Below, piece by piece: positions 37,941 through 48,387 of a stretch of 64,000 nucleotides of DNA; within the stretch, counting starts at the first letter, position 1, and each line of letters starts with the position of its first letter. Source of the stretch: Spirochaetia bacterium (GTDB lineage Bacteria > Spirochaetota > Spirochaetia > SZUA-6 > Bin103); NCBI GenBank assembly GCA_965203905.1, contig CBDBDQ010000005.1, forward strand, positions 1,600,001-1,664,000, in the 5' to 3' direction. The translations under genes and the position numbers were made by a program. A model generated the notes under the pieces. It made no database searches. It was given only the letters and a program-made list of their open reading frames with translations, and was not told the DNA's origin.

Positions 37941-39539
37941 ATGGGGGACCGCACCTGTCTACTTGACGATGCCACGATGCGACGCTTCATCGTCGACGGA
38001 TATCTCCAGGTCCAGGCAGATCTTCCGGGCGCCTTTCACCAACGGATCTGCGACCGGATCGACGCCGTGCTGGCCCGGAATGGCAATCCGGGAGACGACA
38101 TTCTGCCGCAGGTTCCGGAGATCGGGCAGGTGTTCGACTCGCCCTCGGTGCGCGGCGCGCTGACCAGCCTGCTGGGTCCGGACTACGCCATCCATCCGCA
38201 CCGCCACTGCCATGACCTGGGACCGGGGGCGAGCGGGCAGCACTGGCACAAGGACGACTACGTCGGCGACCGGAACGTGCGCCACCATCGATTCCGCTGG
38301 GTGATGGCGTTCTACTACCCGCAGGAAGTGAGCGCGGAGATGGGTCCGACGGCGATCGTTCCGGGCAGGCAGTGCTACAATACGGTGTACGACGACGATC
38401 TCGCACGCAGCGTCGAAGAGCTCGAAATCGAGCGCAACTTCGCCGTCGAGTCGAACCGGCTCGGCAACCACGATCCCGCTCCGGTGCGGCGCATCGCGCG
38501 GCGCCTTGGCGACGAGAGGGCGCACACCGGCGAGCAGGGCGAGCTGCCGCTGTGCGGGAAGGCGGGCACGGTGAACCTGGTCAACTTCGACACTTGGCAC
38601 CGGGCTACGGCGAACCGCAGCGACCGCATGCGCTACATGCTCAAGTTCCAGTTCACGCGCATGCGCGAGCCCGCGGCAGGCCCCTCCTGGAACAGCACCG
38701 ATCGGCGCTGGCAGGCGCTCGGGCATGACACGGATCCGGCGCTGTCGGAGGATGTCTGGAACTGGCTGTGCCGGCGCGCGCATCCGCACACGGCGCCGGA
38801 CGCGGCGGCAGACGGGTCGCTGCCGAAGCTGCTGGCGGCCCTGCGCGCGAGCGACGAGGCGGGGTGTCTGCGCGCGGTCTATGCGCTGGCCGCGCTGGGC
38901 GCCCCGGTGGTGCCGGCCTTGATCGACGTCCTGCGCGAGGAGGCTCCGGCCCGCTGCCGGCTGAGCGCTGGCCGCTCGCGGGCCAACCCGGCCGGCGGCA
39001 ATCCCAGCGAGCTCTATGCGGCGCACGCGCTCAGCGCCGTGGGCGCTCCCGCGGTGGCCGCCCTGAGCGTGGCGCTGGAGGATGGCGAGTGGGCGGTTCG
39101 CGCCGCCGCCGCCGATGCGCTGGGGAACATCGGCACTCCGGCGCAAGGGGCGGTTCCGGCGCTGCTGCGGGCGCTGGGCGACGAGAGCATGTGGGTGCGC
39201 CGCAACGCGCTGGAGGCGCTCGGAACGATCGGCTGCACCGGCGCCGGCGTGCTCTCGGGACTGCTGGCGGCCCTGCGCGATCATGATCGCCTGGTGCGCC
39301 GCAATGCTGCCGTCGCCTTGACCAAGGTCGCCCGACCCGACGCGCACGAGTCCGTGCCCGGGCTGTTGCAGGCGCTCATCCACGACGAGCGCTACGTCAG
39401 CTTCTACGCGGCCACCGCGTTGGGACGAATCGGCACCCGCGCGGCGCGCAGCGCGCTGCTGGAGGCCCGTTCCCACGCCGACGCCACGGTCGGCTTCGCC
39501 GTGACCACGGCGCTGCACCAGCTCGAGAACGGCCGCTGA
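37941..39539 (+). CDS. PhyH dioxygenase domain fused to HEAT/PBS-lyase repeats
   Basis: 'QHWHKD' and 'DTWHRATAN' followed by repeated 'VRxxAAxALG' units. Confidence 0.85.
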   Translation: MGDRTCLLDDATMRRFIVDGYLQVQADLPGAFHQRICDRIDAVLARNGNPGDDILPQVPEIGQVFDSPSVRGALTSLLGPDYAIHPHRHCHDLGPGASGQHWHKDDYVGDRNVRHHRFRWVMAFYYPQEVSAEMGPTAIVPGRQCYNTVYDDDLARSVEELEIERNFAVESNRLGNHDPAPVRRIARRLGDERAHTGEQGELPLCGKAGTVNLVNFDTWHRATANRSDRMRYMLKFQFTRMREPAAGPSWNSTDRRWQALGHDTDPALSEDVWNWLCRRAHPHTAPDAAADGSLPKLLAALRASDEAGCLRAVYALAALGAPVVPALIDVLREEAPARCRLSAGRSRANPAGGNPSELYAAHALSAVGAPAVAALSVALEDGEWAVRAAAADALGNIGTPAQGAVPALLRALGDESMWVRRNALEALGTIGCTGAGVLSGLLAALRDHDRLVRRNAAVALTKVARPDAHESVPGLLQALIHDERYVSFYAATALGRIGTRAARSALLEARSHADATVGFAVTTALHQLENGR

Positions 39540-40772
39540 TGGACCCTTCCTCGCTCTCGATTGACCAGCAGCGCCGGATCCTGATGCACGGCGTCGAGGA
39601 GGTGGTGCCGGAGGGGACACTGGACGCGCTCCTGCGACGGGCGCGGCAGGAGCGGCGGCCGCTGCGCATCAAGCTGGGCATCGACCCGACCGCGTCCGAC
39701 ATCCACCTCGGGTTCGCGGTGGTGTTGCGGAAACTGCGCCAGTTCCAGGACCTGGGCCACATCGCCTGTCTCGTGATCGGCGACTTCACCGCGCTGATCG
39801 GCGATCCTTCCGGCCGCTCGAAGACACGACCGATCCTGTCGCGGGACGAGGTGGTCGAGCATGTCCGCAGCTACGAACGGCAGTTGTACCGGATCCTCGA
39901 CCCGGAGCGCACGGAGCTGGCATACAACGCGGACTGGCTGGCTCCGATGCGGTTCACCGACGTGGTTGCGCTGGCCTCGCAATACACCATTGCGCGCTTG
40001 CTGGAGCGGGACGACTTCGCGCAGCGCTACCAGGCGCGGCAGCCGATTTTCCTGCACGAGTTTCTGTACCCGCTGTGCCAGGGGTACGACTCGGTCGCGA
40101 TCCGCGCCGACGTCGAGCTCGGGGGAACGGACCAGAAGTTCAACAATCTGGTAGGCCGCGATCTGCAGCGGAACGCCGGCCAGGAGCCGCAGATAGTGAT
40201 GCTGATGCCGCTGCTGGTCGGCACCGACGGCGTCGAGAAGATGAGCAAATCGCTGGGCAACTACATCGGAATCGACGAGCCTCCGGCGGAGCAGTTCGGC
40301 AAGATCATGTCGATCTCCGACGACCTGATGGAACCGTACTACCGGCTCGCCTCGGATGCTTCATCGGATGAGGTCGCGGCGACCATGCAACGGCTCGCTG
40401 CAGGGGAGGCGCATCCGATGGACACCAAGTTGGACTTGGCGCGGCGCGTCGTGTCGCTGTACCACGGCGCTACCGCCGGCGAGCGCGCGGAGGGAGAGTT
40501 CACGGCACTGTTTCGCGAGCGAAAGACGCCCGACGATATGCCCGAGATCGACGTAAGCGCCGACCTCTCGGATGGTGAAATATGGATCGTGCAGCTCATC
40601 GCCCGGGCCCGGTTCGCCGCCAGCAACCGTGAGGCGCGGCAACTCGTGGAGCAGGGGGCGGTGTCGATCGACGGGACCCCGGGTCGGCGACCCGCGCGCT
40701 CAGGTGCGGCCGGCCGACGGCAGCGTGCTGAAGGTGGGCAAGCGGCGCTTCGCGCGGTTGCGCGTGGAATAG
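39539..40772 (+). CDS. tyrS: Tyrosine--tRNA ligase, with an apparent 1-nt insertion in the S4 domain
   Basis: 'KLGIDPTASDIHLG', 'ELGGTDQKFN', 'KMSKS'; S4 tail 'VLKVGKRRFARL' is in another frame after CCCC 40677-40680. Confidence 0.92.
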
Positions 40773-40778
40773 ACCGGA

Positions 40779-41609
40779 TTACGCGTTGCGGGCGTCGTTG
40801 TCGTCCGCGATCCAGCGCTTCCAGTTCTCCTCGTCCGGCTCCAGGAAGCCGCAGTTGGCGCGCTGCGCGAACTGGTCGTCCACCCCGAGCAGGCGCAGCA
40901 GGCGGCGGTCATTGCGCGCCCGCGCCCCGGCAATCACCGCCTGCGAGACCGGGCCCCGGTAGTTGGCGCGGTGCTTGAGCCACGAGTGGTTGAAGGTGAG
41001 GAAGAACAGGTAGCGGTAGTCGCTGGAGCGGTTGGGGCTCCCGGAGTGGAGCATGCTGCAGTGGAACACGGCGGTGTCGCCGGCCTTCGGGTAGACGATC
41101 ACCTCCTCGGGGTGCGGCCGGCGCGCCTCCTCAGGGGACATGCGCAGGGCCCGCATGTGGGAGCCGGGAATGATGCGCAACGGGCCGGTTTCGTCGGTCA
41201 GGTCCTGCAGGTAGGAGAGCGCGTTGAACAGCAGCGGGCGATGATACACGCCGTCCTCGGGGAAGAAGGCGAACATGTCGCGATGGAACCCCAGCGCAGC
41301 GCCGTCCTTCTCAGGCTCCGGCGGCGTGCGGCGGAAGGTGATCGACTCGAGCTGGACGTGGGGGCCGACCAGCATCTCCGCGAAGTCGAGCAGCCGCTCG
41401 TTGGACAGCGCCCGCAGCACCGGCTCCGGCTTGTGCTCCAGCAGGTTGGTGATGGCGGAGGGCCGGCTGCCGTCCGCGTTGGGAATGCGCCCCTCGAGCT
41501 CCTCGAATCCATCCCGCATCTCCCGGATCCAGGCCGGGTCCAGCAGCTGCGGGAACAGCGTGAAGCCGTCGCGCTTGAACTCGACGAGATGTTCTTCCAG
41601 CGGCTTCAT
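40779..41609 (-). CDS. PhyH family dioxygenase
   Basis: 'FHRD', 'GPLRIIPGSH', 'MLHSGSPN..YR'. Confidence 0.85.
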   Translation of the reverse strand: MKPLEEHLVEFKRDGFTLFPQLLDPAWIREMRDGFEELEGRIPNADGSRPSAITNLLEHKPEPVLRALSNERLLDFAEMLVGPHVQLESITFRRTPPEPEKDGAALGFHRDMFAFFPEDGVYHRPLLFNALSYLQDLTDETGPLRIIPGSHMRALRMSPEEARRPHPEEVIVYPKAGDTAVFHCSMLHSGSPNRSSDYRYLFFLTFNHSWLKHRANYRGPVSQAVIAGARARNDRRLLRLLGVDDQFAQRANCGFLEPDEENWKRWIADDNDARNA

Positions 41610-41623
41610 GGGGCTACCCTATC

Positions 41624-43471
41624 TCATGCGCCTGGAGTGCCGTCAAGGCGCTCGATGGCGGCGCGGCGCTGCTGGACCGCGCGCAGGCGCGCCAGGTCGA
41701 ACTTGCCGGAGCGGTCGAACTTGTAGATGCCGTTCTGCTCCTGGTAGATGTCGGTGAGCTGGGTGTAGCAGTAGCCGAACATGTCGGGGTTGTCGAGCAG
41801 TACGGCGCACAGCTTCTCGAAGCGGTCGTAGAACTCCTCGATGCTAGTGGGGCGCTCGCCGTAGCCCCACGACTCCTCGCCGGCGGCCAACTCCGGGTTC
41901 CACCAGATGCCGCCGAACTCGCTGACGAAGTAGGGCTGGCCGCGGTAGGCGATCGACCAGTCGAACGAGCCCAGCAGGCGTTCGGCGTTGCGTCCCGTCA
42001 CGCCCCAGCCGGCGCCGCTGTTCAGGTAGGGCTTGCCCTGCGCCAGGCCGGCCTGGTTGCGCGCCAGTTGCTGCGGGTCCTGGGAGTAGTCGTGGCTGTC
42101 GTAGACGTCGGCCTCCGGGACGCGGTGCGCGTAGCCGGAGGTGTCCAGAACGGGGCGCGTGGTGTCCATCGCCTTGGTGGCCAGGAACATGCCGCGGGTC
42201 ACGTCGTCCAGCGCGGTGATGCGGTCGCCCAGCGCCTGCCAGGTCTCGTTCAGCGGACACCAGCCGACGATGCAGGGGTGCGAGTAGTCCCGCTCCAGCA
42301 CCTCCAGCCACTGGGTGACGTAGTCGGGACCCGGCCGCTGGTGCTCGCCCGCGGCCGGTCCTTCGCCGCGGCAGCCCCAGTCGCCGAACTCGCCCCACAC
42401 CAGGTAGCCGAGGCGGTCGGCGTGGTAGAGGAAGCGCTCCTCGAACACCTTCTGGTGCAGCCGCGCACCGTTGAAGCCCGCCGCCATGCTCAGCTCGATG
42501 TCCTGGCGCAGAGCCGCGTCCGAGGGCGCCGTCATGATGCCGTCCGGGTAGTAGCCCTGGTCCAGCACCAGGCGCTGGAACACCACCGCGCCGTTGAGCC
42601 GGATCGCCTTGCCGTCGATGCTCACCGCGCGCAGGGCGGCGTAGGAGGCCGCCGCGTCGACCACGTTGCCGGCGCCGTCGAGCAGGGCGATGGCGACGTC
42701 GTACAGGTGCGGGTCCCCCGCCGCCCACAGCCGGCGCCGCGGTTCCGGGACCGGCAGGTCCAGGCGCGGCGCCAGGTCCAGGCCGGCACCGCACTCGGCG
42801 CGGGCGATCTCGCCTTGCGCATCGCTCAGGGTGGCGCGCAGGCGCAGCCCCGGCGCGCTGCCGGTCAGCGGCTGCTCCAGGCGGATGACCCCGTTGGCGA
42901 CGTCCGGCGTGAGCCGCGGCCGGCGCAGCGCCAGGTCGGGCACCGGCTCCAGCCACACCGACTGCCAGATGCCGGTGGTGCGCACGTAGATGGCGCCGCC
43001 GGGGCCGTAGTCGCGCGCCTGCTTGCCGCGCGGCTGCGGGTGCTCGCGGGTGTCGCGGGCGCGCACCGTGATCACCGCCTCCTCCCCGGGCCCGGCCACC
43101 CCGTGCAGGTCGCAGGTGAAGGGCGAGAAGCCGCCGCGGTGGCGCCCCACCTCGACGCCGTTCACCCACACGGTGGCGTCGTAGTCGACCGCCTGGAAGT
43201 GCAGCAGCACCCGTCGGCCCGCCCAGGCGGCGGGAAGCGTCACGCTGCGCCGATACCAAACCGCGTTCAGGAAGTCGTGGTTCTCGACCCCCGAGAGCCG
43301 CGACTCCGGGCAGAACGGCACCGTGATGGCGGCGTTCAGATCGCGTTCCAGCAACCCGCGCTCCAGGCCGCTGTCGCCCTGGTCGATCTCGAACTGCCAG
43401 CGGCCGTTGAGGCACAGCCAGTCGGGCCGCACGAACTGCGGGCGCGGGTACTCGTCGCGGGGTAGTTGCAA
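41624..43471 (-). CDS. Glycoside hydrolase family 2 (beta-galactosidase-like)
   Basis: 'EYPRPQFVR', 'HFQAVDY', 'LDQGYYPDG', 'GFNGARLHQK', 'WCPLNE', 'VSEFGG', 'YTQLTD'. Confidence 0.9.
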   Translation of the reverse strand: MQLPRDEYPRPQFVRPDWLCLNGRWQFEIDQGDSGLERGLLERDLNAAITVPFCPESRLSGVENHDFLNAVWYRRSVTLPAAWAGRRVLLHFQAVDYDATVWVNGVEVGRHRGGFSPFTCDLHGVAGPGEEAVITVRARDTREHPQPRGKQARDYGPGGAIYVRTTGIWQSVWLEPVPDLALRRPRLTPDVANGVIRLEQPLTGSAPGLRLRATLSDAQGEIARAECGAGLDLAPRLDLPVPEPRRRLWAAGDPHLYDVAIALLDGAGNVVDAAASYAALRAVSIDGKAIRLNGAVVFQRLVLDQGYYPDGIMTAPSDAALRQDIELSMAAGFNGARLHQKVFEERFLYHADRLGYLVWGEFGDWGCRGEGPAAGEHQRPGPDYVTQWLEVLERDYSHPCIVGWCPLNETWQALGDRITALDDVTRGMFLATKAMDTTRPVLDTSGYAHRVPEADVYDSHDYSQDPQQLARNQAGLAQGKPYLNSGAGWGVTGRNAERLLGSFDWSIAYRGQPYFVSEFGGIWWNPELAAGEESWGYGERPTSIEEFYDRFEKLCAVLLDNPDMFGYCYTQLTDIYQEQNGIYKFDRSGKFDLARLRAVQQRRAAIERLDGTPGA

Positions 43472-43505
43472 GACGGCGCTCCTTCGTAATCATCAAAGAA
43501 TATGT

Positions 43506-43550
43506 ATACCTCAGAACGAATGTGAGGTATTATATTTTGTGAGGTATTAT
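43506..43550 (+). promoter_or_regulatory. AT-rich promoter/operator of the AbiEi-like gene
   Basis: ATACCTCA (43506-43513) is inverted relative to TGAGGTAT; TGTGAGGTATTAT is directly repeated at 43521-43533 and 43538-43550. Confidence 0.65.
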
Positions 43551-43581
43551 CCGATACGGAGAGGCCGATCCTGGGGATGCC

Positions 43582-44586
43582 ATGACATCGCACGAAATCG
43601 CAGACCGTTCGGAGGCCGCAGTTGCGGCCGTAGTCCCGCGGTCCGTCAGGGTGCGGCGCGACCGCAAGGATGGCCACTCAATCTGGCTTAGACTCAATGA
43701 AATGTACATCAGGGTCGAGTGGCTTGGCGAGGGTGGGTTGCGCCAGGCGCGCGAGTTGCTTGCCGGCCGGAAGAATCTTCCGGACGTCGTGGTTGCCCGC
43801 CGTATGTCTCCCGGCGCGCGGGAGGCGCTCTCGGCCGCGGGAGTGGGGTGGGGCGACGAGACAGGCGCCGCTGAGATCGCGCTGGGAACGCTGATCGTCT
43901 CCAGGAGCGGGCGACCGAGTGAGGTGCCGCCGAAGCCGCCTCGGTGGACACCCTCGGTCCTTGCCGTCGCCGAGGCGCTGCTATGCGGCGGAAAGCCTAC
44001 GGTAAGCGGCGTGCAGAAGACGACCGGACTGTCCACTGGAAGCGCCACTAACGCGCTACGTGTCCTCACCGATTTTGGGCTCTTGGCGGCTTCGGCCCCG
44101 CGCGGGCGTGGCTCGGGCCGCTCCATACCCGATCAGGACCGGCTCTTGGACGGATACGCGACCGCAGCCGAAGCCATGATGCCTGCGACCGCACTCACGG
44201 TCGGCGTGACTTGGCGCGACTTTGCGGCCGGCCTGAGCGAATAGGTCATCAATGGACGAGTATTGGTATCGCGTGGGCGGCCACCGGCTCGGTAGCGGCT
44301 GTGGTGCTCGCCCCTACCTTACGGCGGTCTCGACCGGCGAAATATACATCGACCGCGAGACCGTCTCGGGACTCGAATCCGTCGCCGTGCAAGCCGGCCT
44401 GCGACGATGGAGGGGGGCAGGCTCACCCTGAGGCCATTTCCTACCATTGCAGTCAAGCGGCTGTCTGTCGTGCGGGATGGCCTGCCCGTTGCACCGTGGC
44501 CAAGGGTGTACGCAGATCTGCGTAGCGTCGGGGTACGAGGCGAGGAGGCCGCCGAGCATCTCCGGGAGGTGATCCGTGGCCGATGA
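43582..44586 (+). pseudogene. AbiEi-like type IV TA antitoxin/regulator, disrupted
   Basis: HTH 'TVSGVQKTTGLSTGSATNAL'; in-frame TAG at 44242-44244, then frameshifted pieces ending 'VYADLRSVGVRGEEAAEHLREVI'. Confidence 0.7.
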
Positions 44587-44933
44587 GCCGCGCCGCAGAG
44601 GTCGCCTGCAACCGAGGCGGTTAGAATTGCGCCGGGTGTTTGTTATCAGCCTGCAGAGGGACCGGCGCGCGCACCGCGGATCGTCGCTGCCAGCGCCAGC
44701 GGGCCGTGGAGCGAGGAGCCCAAGGAATAGCACTCGTTGCACACTGCGGGTTCGCCAAGCGGATCTTCACGAGCACGGGTGTGTGTGGGGTCAGGTGGGC
44801 CTAAGCCCTCTGAAGCGTTCTATCGGGCATCAGCGCTGACTCACGCTCAGCTTGACTGCGCGGGCGCAACCCCGACGAGATACCGACTACCAGTCCCTCA
44901 ACTAGCCTGTCCATCAAAGGCGTAAGGATCTAT

Positions 44934-45260
44934 CTACATCCTGTCGTTACAATAAGCTTGGCCGTTGCTCCGGCAGTCTTGGATGTACATAGATTCTGCG
45001 TCTGCTATAGCTCCGCTAGGCACCTCGGCCTTCGTCTGAACTATGAACGTGGCAGGGCGAGCGAGAATTGATGCAGCGGGTATTCTCATGCCCACGGACC
45101 TGACGTATCCTTTTCGGTCATACCGACGTAGACACAACGATCCTGACCATCCAAGATCACGTAGATCCCGGGTTCTTCTGGAGCTGAGTCAACGTCCTCC
45201 GGGTAGTGGTACCGCTCAGCATCATTGTGGAACGCAATGGTGTACAGGTGCCGCTTATAG
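44934..45260 (-). pseudogene. Small GIY-YIG nuclease, frameshifted
   Basis: 'APEEPGIYVILDGQDRCVYVGMT'; another frame continues 'AIADAESMYIQ..YCND' with the conserved E and N. Confidence 0.6.
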
Positions 45261-46331
45261 ACGCTGGCTTTCCTCCTATCTCCGGCATTATCGTCTACTC
45301 GAACCGGTAGAGGCTGGAGCTTTGAAGCCCACGACCTCGAAGTTATTATACTCGTCAACGATCGTGGACTCTGCCGGCGCTGGCAAGGAGTCAGCAACCT
45401 GCTCGGTAAGCACGGAGTCCTGACACAGCAACTGCGTCAGGCGCTCCCGATGCCGGTTGCCAGACCGTTTTGAGACAACGTCAGGATGACCGACACATCT
45501 CCAAGCGTGTCTCCTATCGTTATCAGATCGCGGGTAGTCAAGACTCCTCTCCCATTAAGTCGCTTGACGGAAGGGATGGGGCACACTTCATTATTGGGGA
45601 AGCGTGGTAATTCCCCGAAGTGAGTCGCAGGTTTGCCGCCTTCTTCACTTCAACCTTCCGTCAGTGCGGTGTTTGTTCAACGCCTTGCCTAGCCAACGGC
45701 CGGTAGGTCACGGCTTCTCAATCAAAGCTCAATTATCGATGCGGGCGTCAACCGTATCAATTTGTGCACTGGTGGCCAAGGAGACCTAGCACCGACGATG
45801 GGCGTCAAACCTATGGGAATACATACCAAAGTAACATAGGCCCCGACGCGGCCCATGCGCTACGGCGGGGGGAGATGATTGGAGAATCCGTCGATCACGC
45901 GCATGCCGTCGTCGTAGCGTGGTCGTCGGCCGGGACGCCGGGGAGTGTAGATCACAGGGGGGATGGCCTCGGCTATCCGAGAGTCAGTCGTCAGACCGCG
46001 GCGAATCTGGTTGATCATGCGGACCGCTTCGCGCGTCTCCCACGGGATAGAGAGTACTCGCGGCATAGGGGCTCTCCTTGATGTGGGTACGGTTGGGCAA
46101 GGGCTGCTACCCCTGCCCAACCGATCATCGCTCTCTCCCATCATCCGATGAGCGTCGGCTTCCCCCAACAGTCTCCCACCGCTCCATAGCGATGCCGAAC
46201 ATTCCTGGAGGAAACGTGTGCAGTTCCACGAGCCCTGATCATTGCATCCTTGCGGCTACGGTGTTGATGCAAGCTGCTCTTTCGACCATGGAGCACGCCT
46301 TTCCATCAGCCTCAGCAGTCTCATGCGTTCG

Positions 46332-46643
46332 TCAGCGCCTCTCCTTTGTCGACACCATCGTCACCCTTGAGATCTTGAGCGGATGCGCCACTCCGGCTAT
46401 CACTCTTGCGCCTTGTATTTCCTCTACAATTCGCCCTTCCTCGACGAGGAATTTCAGCGATTTGATGGTCTCGCGTTGTTCCCCGATGGCCATGCGTTGT
46501 TTCCTGATGATCACGCTCTGCGTAGCCAGGGCGTATCGGCGCCGAACGTCCGCAGCCCGTAGCTCGGCAACTTCTTTCCTTAGAGCTATCTGCTGCGCCA
46601 TGGTCAAGCGCCGAACCGGGCGGATAACTGTTTTCTGGTTCAA
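46332..46643 (-). CDS. Hypothetical coiled-coil protein, phage-like
   Basis: AGGAGG RBS 6 nt before TTG; basic 103-aa ORF in a lower-GC segment. Confidence 0.45.
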   Translation of the reverse strand: MNQKTVIRPVRRLTMAQQIALRKEVAELRAADVRRRYALATQSVIIRKQRMAIGEQRETIKSLKFLVEEGRIVEEIQGARVIAGVAHPLKISRVTMVSTKERR

Positions 46644-46919
46644 TTAGAACCTCCTGCGCACAATGCGCTAAAACGTGCGCTTGGCACAGGAAGCAGAGTC
46701 GGGGTGCATTTCCCCGCAGGTCGTCTCCGCTTCCTGTGGTACAAGCACTGACGATGTAGAGCTCGACGGCCTGCGGCGGGCTCTACTGCAAGCAAACGTT
46801 AGTACGTAGATGCTGCCGGTTAGGCCGCGCTCTACGGTTCAGTTGGCAGTGTAGCACGCGAGTGTTGTCGCTGTCAAGATACCGATCAGGATGGGCCGCT
46901 TGGCGTCAACACGCTGGAC

Positions 46920-47353
46920 GGCCTGTTCTGTTTTCGTGTTTGACGAGTGCCCGAGCGTCGGGGGCGAGGAACTGGATTCACGTCTCGCGACATGGAATAC
47001 GCAAATCCAAAGCCAGAGTGGGCGGAGTTACCCATACCATAGAGAGGAATGTCGCCGGGCTGGCCTAGTTCGATATTGCGTTTGTGCTCCTCCACAACGA
47101 CGCTGGCGGTCCGATGGATGCGGCGAACGTGGTACGGGAGCGATTCGCTGACGAAATTCAAGAACTTGATACGGCGCTGAACGAGCTGCGGGCCAATTTC
47201 GCGGACCGTGATGCACAGGGGACTCAGGCCTACCTCCAGCAGATGATGAGCGACCATCCCGATCTCGATGGGATGACTCTCGCAGCAGATGCGGTACTTG
47301 CTGTCGAAGAGTTCCTACGAGGCCTGGACCCGGTCAGACGACGCGGAAACTGA
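46920..47353 (+). pseudogene. C-terminal half of a nucleotidyltransferase-like (AbiEii-type) toxin
   Basis: Frameshifted pieces 'RGTGF.SRD', 'ARVGGVTHTIERNVAGLA', 'DIAFVLLHNDAGGP..ANFADRDAQG..LAADAVLAVEEF'. Confidence 0.55.
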
Positions 47354-47364
47354 GATCCCGGGTG

Positions 47365-48387
47365 TCAGTCGAGGGTGACGATGGCTTTGATGACGCCGCT
47401 GTCGAGGCGGGTGTAGGTGGGGAAGTCGCCGATCAGGTCGCCGAAGGCGCTGCGGTGGGTGATCCACGGGGCGGTGTCGATGCGGCCCTCTTCGATCAGC
47501 GAGATGATGCGCCGGAAGTTGTCCGGCAGCGAGTTGCGGGTGGCGTGCAGGGATGACTCGGGGCGATGCACCGCCATGTGCGGGAACGACACCTCGCGTG
47601 CGGTCAGGCCCACGAACACCAGGCAGCCGGTGGGCGCGATGTAGTTCACCGCCTGGGACATCGACACGTTGGAGCCGGTGGCGTCGAACACCACGTTGGG
47701 CAGGTCGCCGTCGGTCAGGTCGCGGAGCTGCGCCTCGATGTCGCCCTGCGCCACCAGGGTGTGGTCGCAGCCCATCACCTCGCGCGCGAAGCGCAGCCGC
47801 TCCTCGTTGAGGTCCATGAAGATGGTGGTGGCGCCGGTGAGGCGCGCGAACTCGAAGGTGGCCAGCCCGATGGGGCCGGCGCCGATGATCAGCACCGCGT
47901 CGGCGGCGGTGGGGGCGCCGCGGTCCACGGCGTGGGCGCCGATGCCGAGGGTCTCCACCAGCGCGAGTTGCTCGAACGCGAGCCGGGTGGAGAGGTGCAG
48001 CTTGCGCGCCGGGAGCAGGAACTGCGGGCGCATGCCGCCGTCGGTGTGCACGCCCAGCACCTCCAGGGTCGTGCAGCAGTTGGGAGCGCCGCGGCGGCAC
48101 GCGATGCAGCGGTCGACGCAGTTCAGGTAGGGCTCCACCGCGCAGCGGTCGCCGGGCCCCACGTTGTTCACCTCGTCGCCCACCGCCAGCACCTCCACCC
48201 CCAGCTCGTGGCCGAGGATGCGCGGGTAGGACATGAGCGGCATCTTGCCGAAGTAGCCGCTGACGTCGGTGCCGCAGATGCCGATGTTGTGCACCTGCAC
48301 CAGCACCTCGCTGGGCGCCGGCTGCGGCGGCGGTTCGATGTCGATCATCTCGAAGCGCTCGGGTTCGCGCAGACTGATCGCCTTCAT
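47365..48387 (-). CDS. Zinc-dependent sugar-acid dehydrogenase (YjjN/LgoD-like)
   Basis: 'GICGTD', 'PRILGHE', structural Zn cysteines, 'IIGAGPIG', 'HATRNS'. Confidence 0.88.
   Translation of the reverse strand: MKAISLREPERFEMIDIEPPPQPAPSEVLVQVHNIGICGTDVSGYFGKMPLMSYPRILGHELGVEVLAVGDEVNNVGPGDRCAVEPYLNCVDRCIACRRGAPNCCTTLEVLGVHTDGGMRPQFLLPARKLHLSTRLAFEQLALVETLGIGAHAVDRGAPTAADAVLIIGAGPIGLATFEFARLTGATTIFMDLNEERLRFAREVMGCDHTLVAQGDIEAQLRDLTDGDLPNVVFDATGSNVSMSQAVNYIAPTGCLVFVGLTAREVSFPHMAVHRPESSLHATRNSLPDNFRRIISLIEEGRIDTAPWITHRSAFGDLIGDFPTYTRLDSGVIKAIVTLD

Noticed and set aside
39539-40978. Novel C-terminal extension on TyrRS
   Set aside because: Explained by a single extra C at 40677-40680; the normal S4 end is present in the adjacent frame
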